Shown here one piece after another: positions 61,838-64,000 of a DNA stretch of 64,000 nucleotides (position 1 is its first letter; each line of letters opens with the position of its first letter). Source of the DNA: Monocercomonoides exilis PA203 (lineage: Eukaryota > Protista > Preaxostyla). The DNA lies in NCBI GenBank assembly GCA_001643675.2, contig LSRY02000008.1, forward strand, positions 124,001-188,000. The letters run 5' to 3'. Made by a program: the position numbers and the translations under genes. The notes beneath the pieces are model-generated. The model saw nothing but the letters and a program-made list of their open reading frames with translations, searched no databases and was not told the origin of the DNA.

Positions 61838-64000
61838 ATGTCTTCACCTTCTATTGACAATAGTGATAAAACACTTGAATTGCCAATTACTTCAACAGAA
61901 GCTGAAGTTCCGAAAAGTCCTGAAAATTCTGAAGCAATTCTTTCACCTTCATCTCACAATTCACCGGGCGCGCAGCCTAAACCAGCAACTAATCCATACG
62001 CTCATGCTAGACCTTTCAGCAACTATCCTGAAGATGCTAAATTAATGGTGAGATGGGAATCTCCAACTGTAACTTTCGAAATGCTTAATGAGGCAATTTC
62101 CAGAATTGGCAAAGCATCCATAAAAATGTTCACAGCAAGAAATGGAAACGAAGCCCCTAAATGCGCTTCTGTCTTTATGGAAACATCAGAATTAGCGAAA
62201 GAAGTCATAACTCAACTTAACTGGACTGATTTTCATGGAGGAAAGATTTATGTTGGTCGATTTTTTTCCAAAACTGCTCGAGAAGAACATAAGAAAACCG
62301 AAAAGCCTGCACCTGCAAGCGAGAATTCATCAAAAACTGTGGCACCTTCAATGGAAACTCAGAGCTCAAATATGGGATCAAATCTTTCTGGGGGTTTTCA
62401 ATTTGATCCATTAAAGGTTATGGGAGATATGGGGCTACTGAACAGCATGATGGCGCCTGGACCCGGTTTTGGTGCGATGGGTCAAATGGGTCCATATGGT
62501 TCTTTTGGGCCAATGAATTCCATGCCGACGATGGGACCAGGAATGATGGATGATGGAGGGATGATGATGGGTGGTTATGACGAAGCAGACATGATGGGCA
62601 GCGGGATGGGAGGTATGGGCATGATGGATGGAATGGGAGGGATGGGAGGGATGGGATATGGAAGAGCAGGAGGGATGATGGGAATGAGAGGCGGAAGGGG
62701 AGGGATGGGTGGAATGGGGAGTGGATTAGATGAGCGAGAGATGATGGGGATGGGAGGAATGGGTGGGATGGGAGGAATGGGGATGGGGATGCGCCGTGGT
62801 GGAGGAGCAGGTGCAGCAGGGAGGTTTGGGATGCGTGACATGGGAATGGGAACGGGGATGGGGATGGGGATGGGGATGGGAGCAGGAGCAGGAGCAGGAA
62901 GAAGAGGAGGAATGGGAGGAATGAGTGGGATGGGAGGAGCGATGGGGCCGATGGTGCGTGGGGGCAGGAAGAGCGGGGCAGGGATGATGGGAGAGGATCG
63001 AATGTGGTATGGCGAAGAGAAAGGGATTGGGGCAGAGGTCGGGGAAGATGATGGAATTGGCATGGGAGAAGGGAGGGTGGGGGCAGAGTATGAGGAAGGT
63101 GGGATGTATGAGGAAGGAGAGGAAGGTGTGGGTGCGATGGCACAGGGGATGGTGCCAGCGATGGCGGGAGGGATGCGCGGGATGGCGCTTGGGAGAGGAA
63201 GAGGAGGGATGATGATGAGAGGGGGAGGAGAAAGAGGAGGAGAAAGAGGAGGAGAAAGAGGAGTTAGTGGGGCAGCAGGGATGCCGATAGGGATGGGAGC
63301 AGCGCGGAGAGGAGGGAGAGGGCTCGGTGTTGGAGCAGGAGCAGGAGCAGGAGCAGGTGTTGGAACAGGAATGGGGCCACAGATGGGGATGGGGATGGGA
63401 ATGGGGATGGGGATGAGTGGAGGCAGTGGAGCAACGAGAGGGATGATGCGGCGCTATGCAGGTCAAGCAATGGGAGGAGCAATGGGCGGAGGGGTGCAGG
63501 CGAAGGAGCTGTATCCAGAAGCTCCTATGCCTCCTCACCAGCGCCATCGCCCGCAGGCACAGGGAATGGGATATGGCTCAATGCCTCGTGCAGCAGGTGG
63601 GATGGCTGCTCCTCCTCAGGGGATTCAGGGGATTCAGGGAGCACCTTCTCCTTCATCAGCCTCCAATTCGTATTCTTCCTATTCTTCTTCTCCTTCTGGT
63701 TCTTCAGAGCCAGTGCCGTTCTATTCACAAGGCAAAGAAATCGACAGGAGAATGCCAAATGCTTCTCGTAGAGGAGCTCCTATTCAACAACAGCAGATGA
63801 ATCCTTCTTCTTCTTCTTCCTCTTCTTCTCCTAATTCATATTCGTCATTTCCACCACCCTCATCTCAAATGAATGCACCCTCAGGAAGTGTTGGAATTAG
63901 CGCAATGCAACCGCCTTCTGGTCAAATGACTGCACAAGATGTGAATGTCACACAAACAGCATCATCATCATCAGCAGAAGGAGGAGGAGGAGAAGGAAAA
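61838..64000 (+). CDS. RNA-binding protein: divergent RRM followed by Gly/Met- and RGG-rich low-complexity region; 3'-truncated by the window
   Basis: ATG at 61838, frame appears open to the window end (hence absent from the ORF track); KLMVRWESPTVTFEMLNEAISRIG..KCASVFMETSELAKEVITQLNWTDFHGGKIYVGRF; MGGMGG and RGG repeats. Confidence 0.8.
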   Translation, partial: MSSPSIDNSDKTLELPITSTEAEVPKSPENSEAILSPSSHNSPGAQPKPATNPYAHARPFSNYPEDAKLMVRWESPTVTFEMLNEAISRIGKASIKMFTARNGNEAPKCASVFMETSELAKEVITQLNWTDFHGGKIYVGRFFSKTAREEHKKTEKPAPASENSSKTVAPSMETQSSNMGSNLSGGFQFDPLKVMGDMGLLNSMMAPGPGFGAMGQMGPYGSFGPMNSMPTMGPGMMDDGGMMMGGYDEADMMGSGMGGMGMMDGMGGMGGMGYGRAGGMMGMRGGRGGMGGMGSGLDEREMMGMGGMGGMGGMGMGMRRGGGAGAAGRFGMRDMGMGTGMGMGMGMGAGAGAGRRGGMGGMSGMGGAMGPMVRGGRKSGAGMMGEDRMWYGEEKGIGAEVGEDDGIGMGEGRVGAEYEEGGMYEEGEEGVGAMAQGMVPAMAGGMRGMALGRGRGGMMMRGGGERGGERGGERGVSGAAGMPIGMGAARRGGRGLGVGAGAGAGAGVGTGMGPQMGMGMGMGMGMSGGSGATRGMMRRYAGQAMGGAMGGGVQAKELYPEAPMPPHQRHRPQAQGMGYGSMPRAAGGMAAPPQGIQGIQGAPSPSSASNSYSSYSSSPSGSSEPVPFYSQGKEIDRRMPNASRRGAPIQQQQMNPSSSSSSSSPNSYSSFPPPSSQMNAPSGSVGISAMQPPSGQMTAQDVNVTQTASSSSAEGGGGEGK

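Noticed and set aside
62418-63547. Pro/His-rich minus-strand ORFs
   Set aside because: They are antisense shadows of the Gly/Met-rich plus-strand gene.

Overview
AT-rich eukaryotic DNA with short GT-AG introns, Ser/Glu low-complexity ORFs and fragments of a large 'CG....PC.S' / 'GRD.F' protein family. The style resembles the oxymonad Monocercomonoides, but this is inference. The window is dominated by DNA transposons and degenerate genes. (1) A ~6.2 kb element at 23428-29600 has ~570 bp apparently identical terminal inverted repeats (TIRs). It holds a 3-exon gene in which a Sola2-like DDD transposase carries an in-frame ubiquitin-specific protease (USP/C19) domain and two in-frame TGA codons. 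About 450 nt of strand-specific RNA structure (cUUCGg hairpin, pseudoknot, G-U-rich stems) follows the stop codon. (2) Two non-autonomous Merlin-type elements (GG termini, ~148 bp TIRs, 8 bp target-site duplication) carry the same host-gene fragment, and one is inserted in a Merlin transposase. (3) A 3.6 kb near-perfect palindrome contains two dead Merlin transposases. (4) Several MITE and foldback families are present. (5) There is a 1040 aa protein of ~33 30-aa repeats. (6) An RRM + RGG/GM-rich gene runs off the right end. All analysis was by eye; no searches or folding programs were run.
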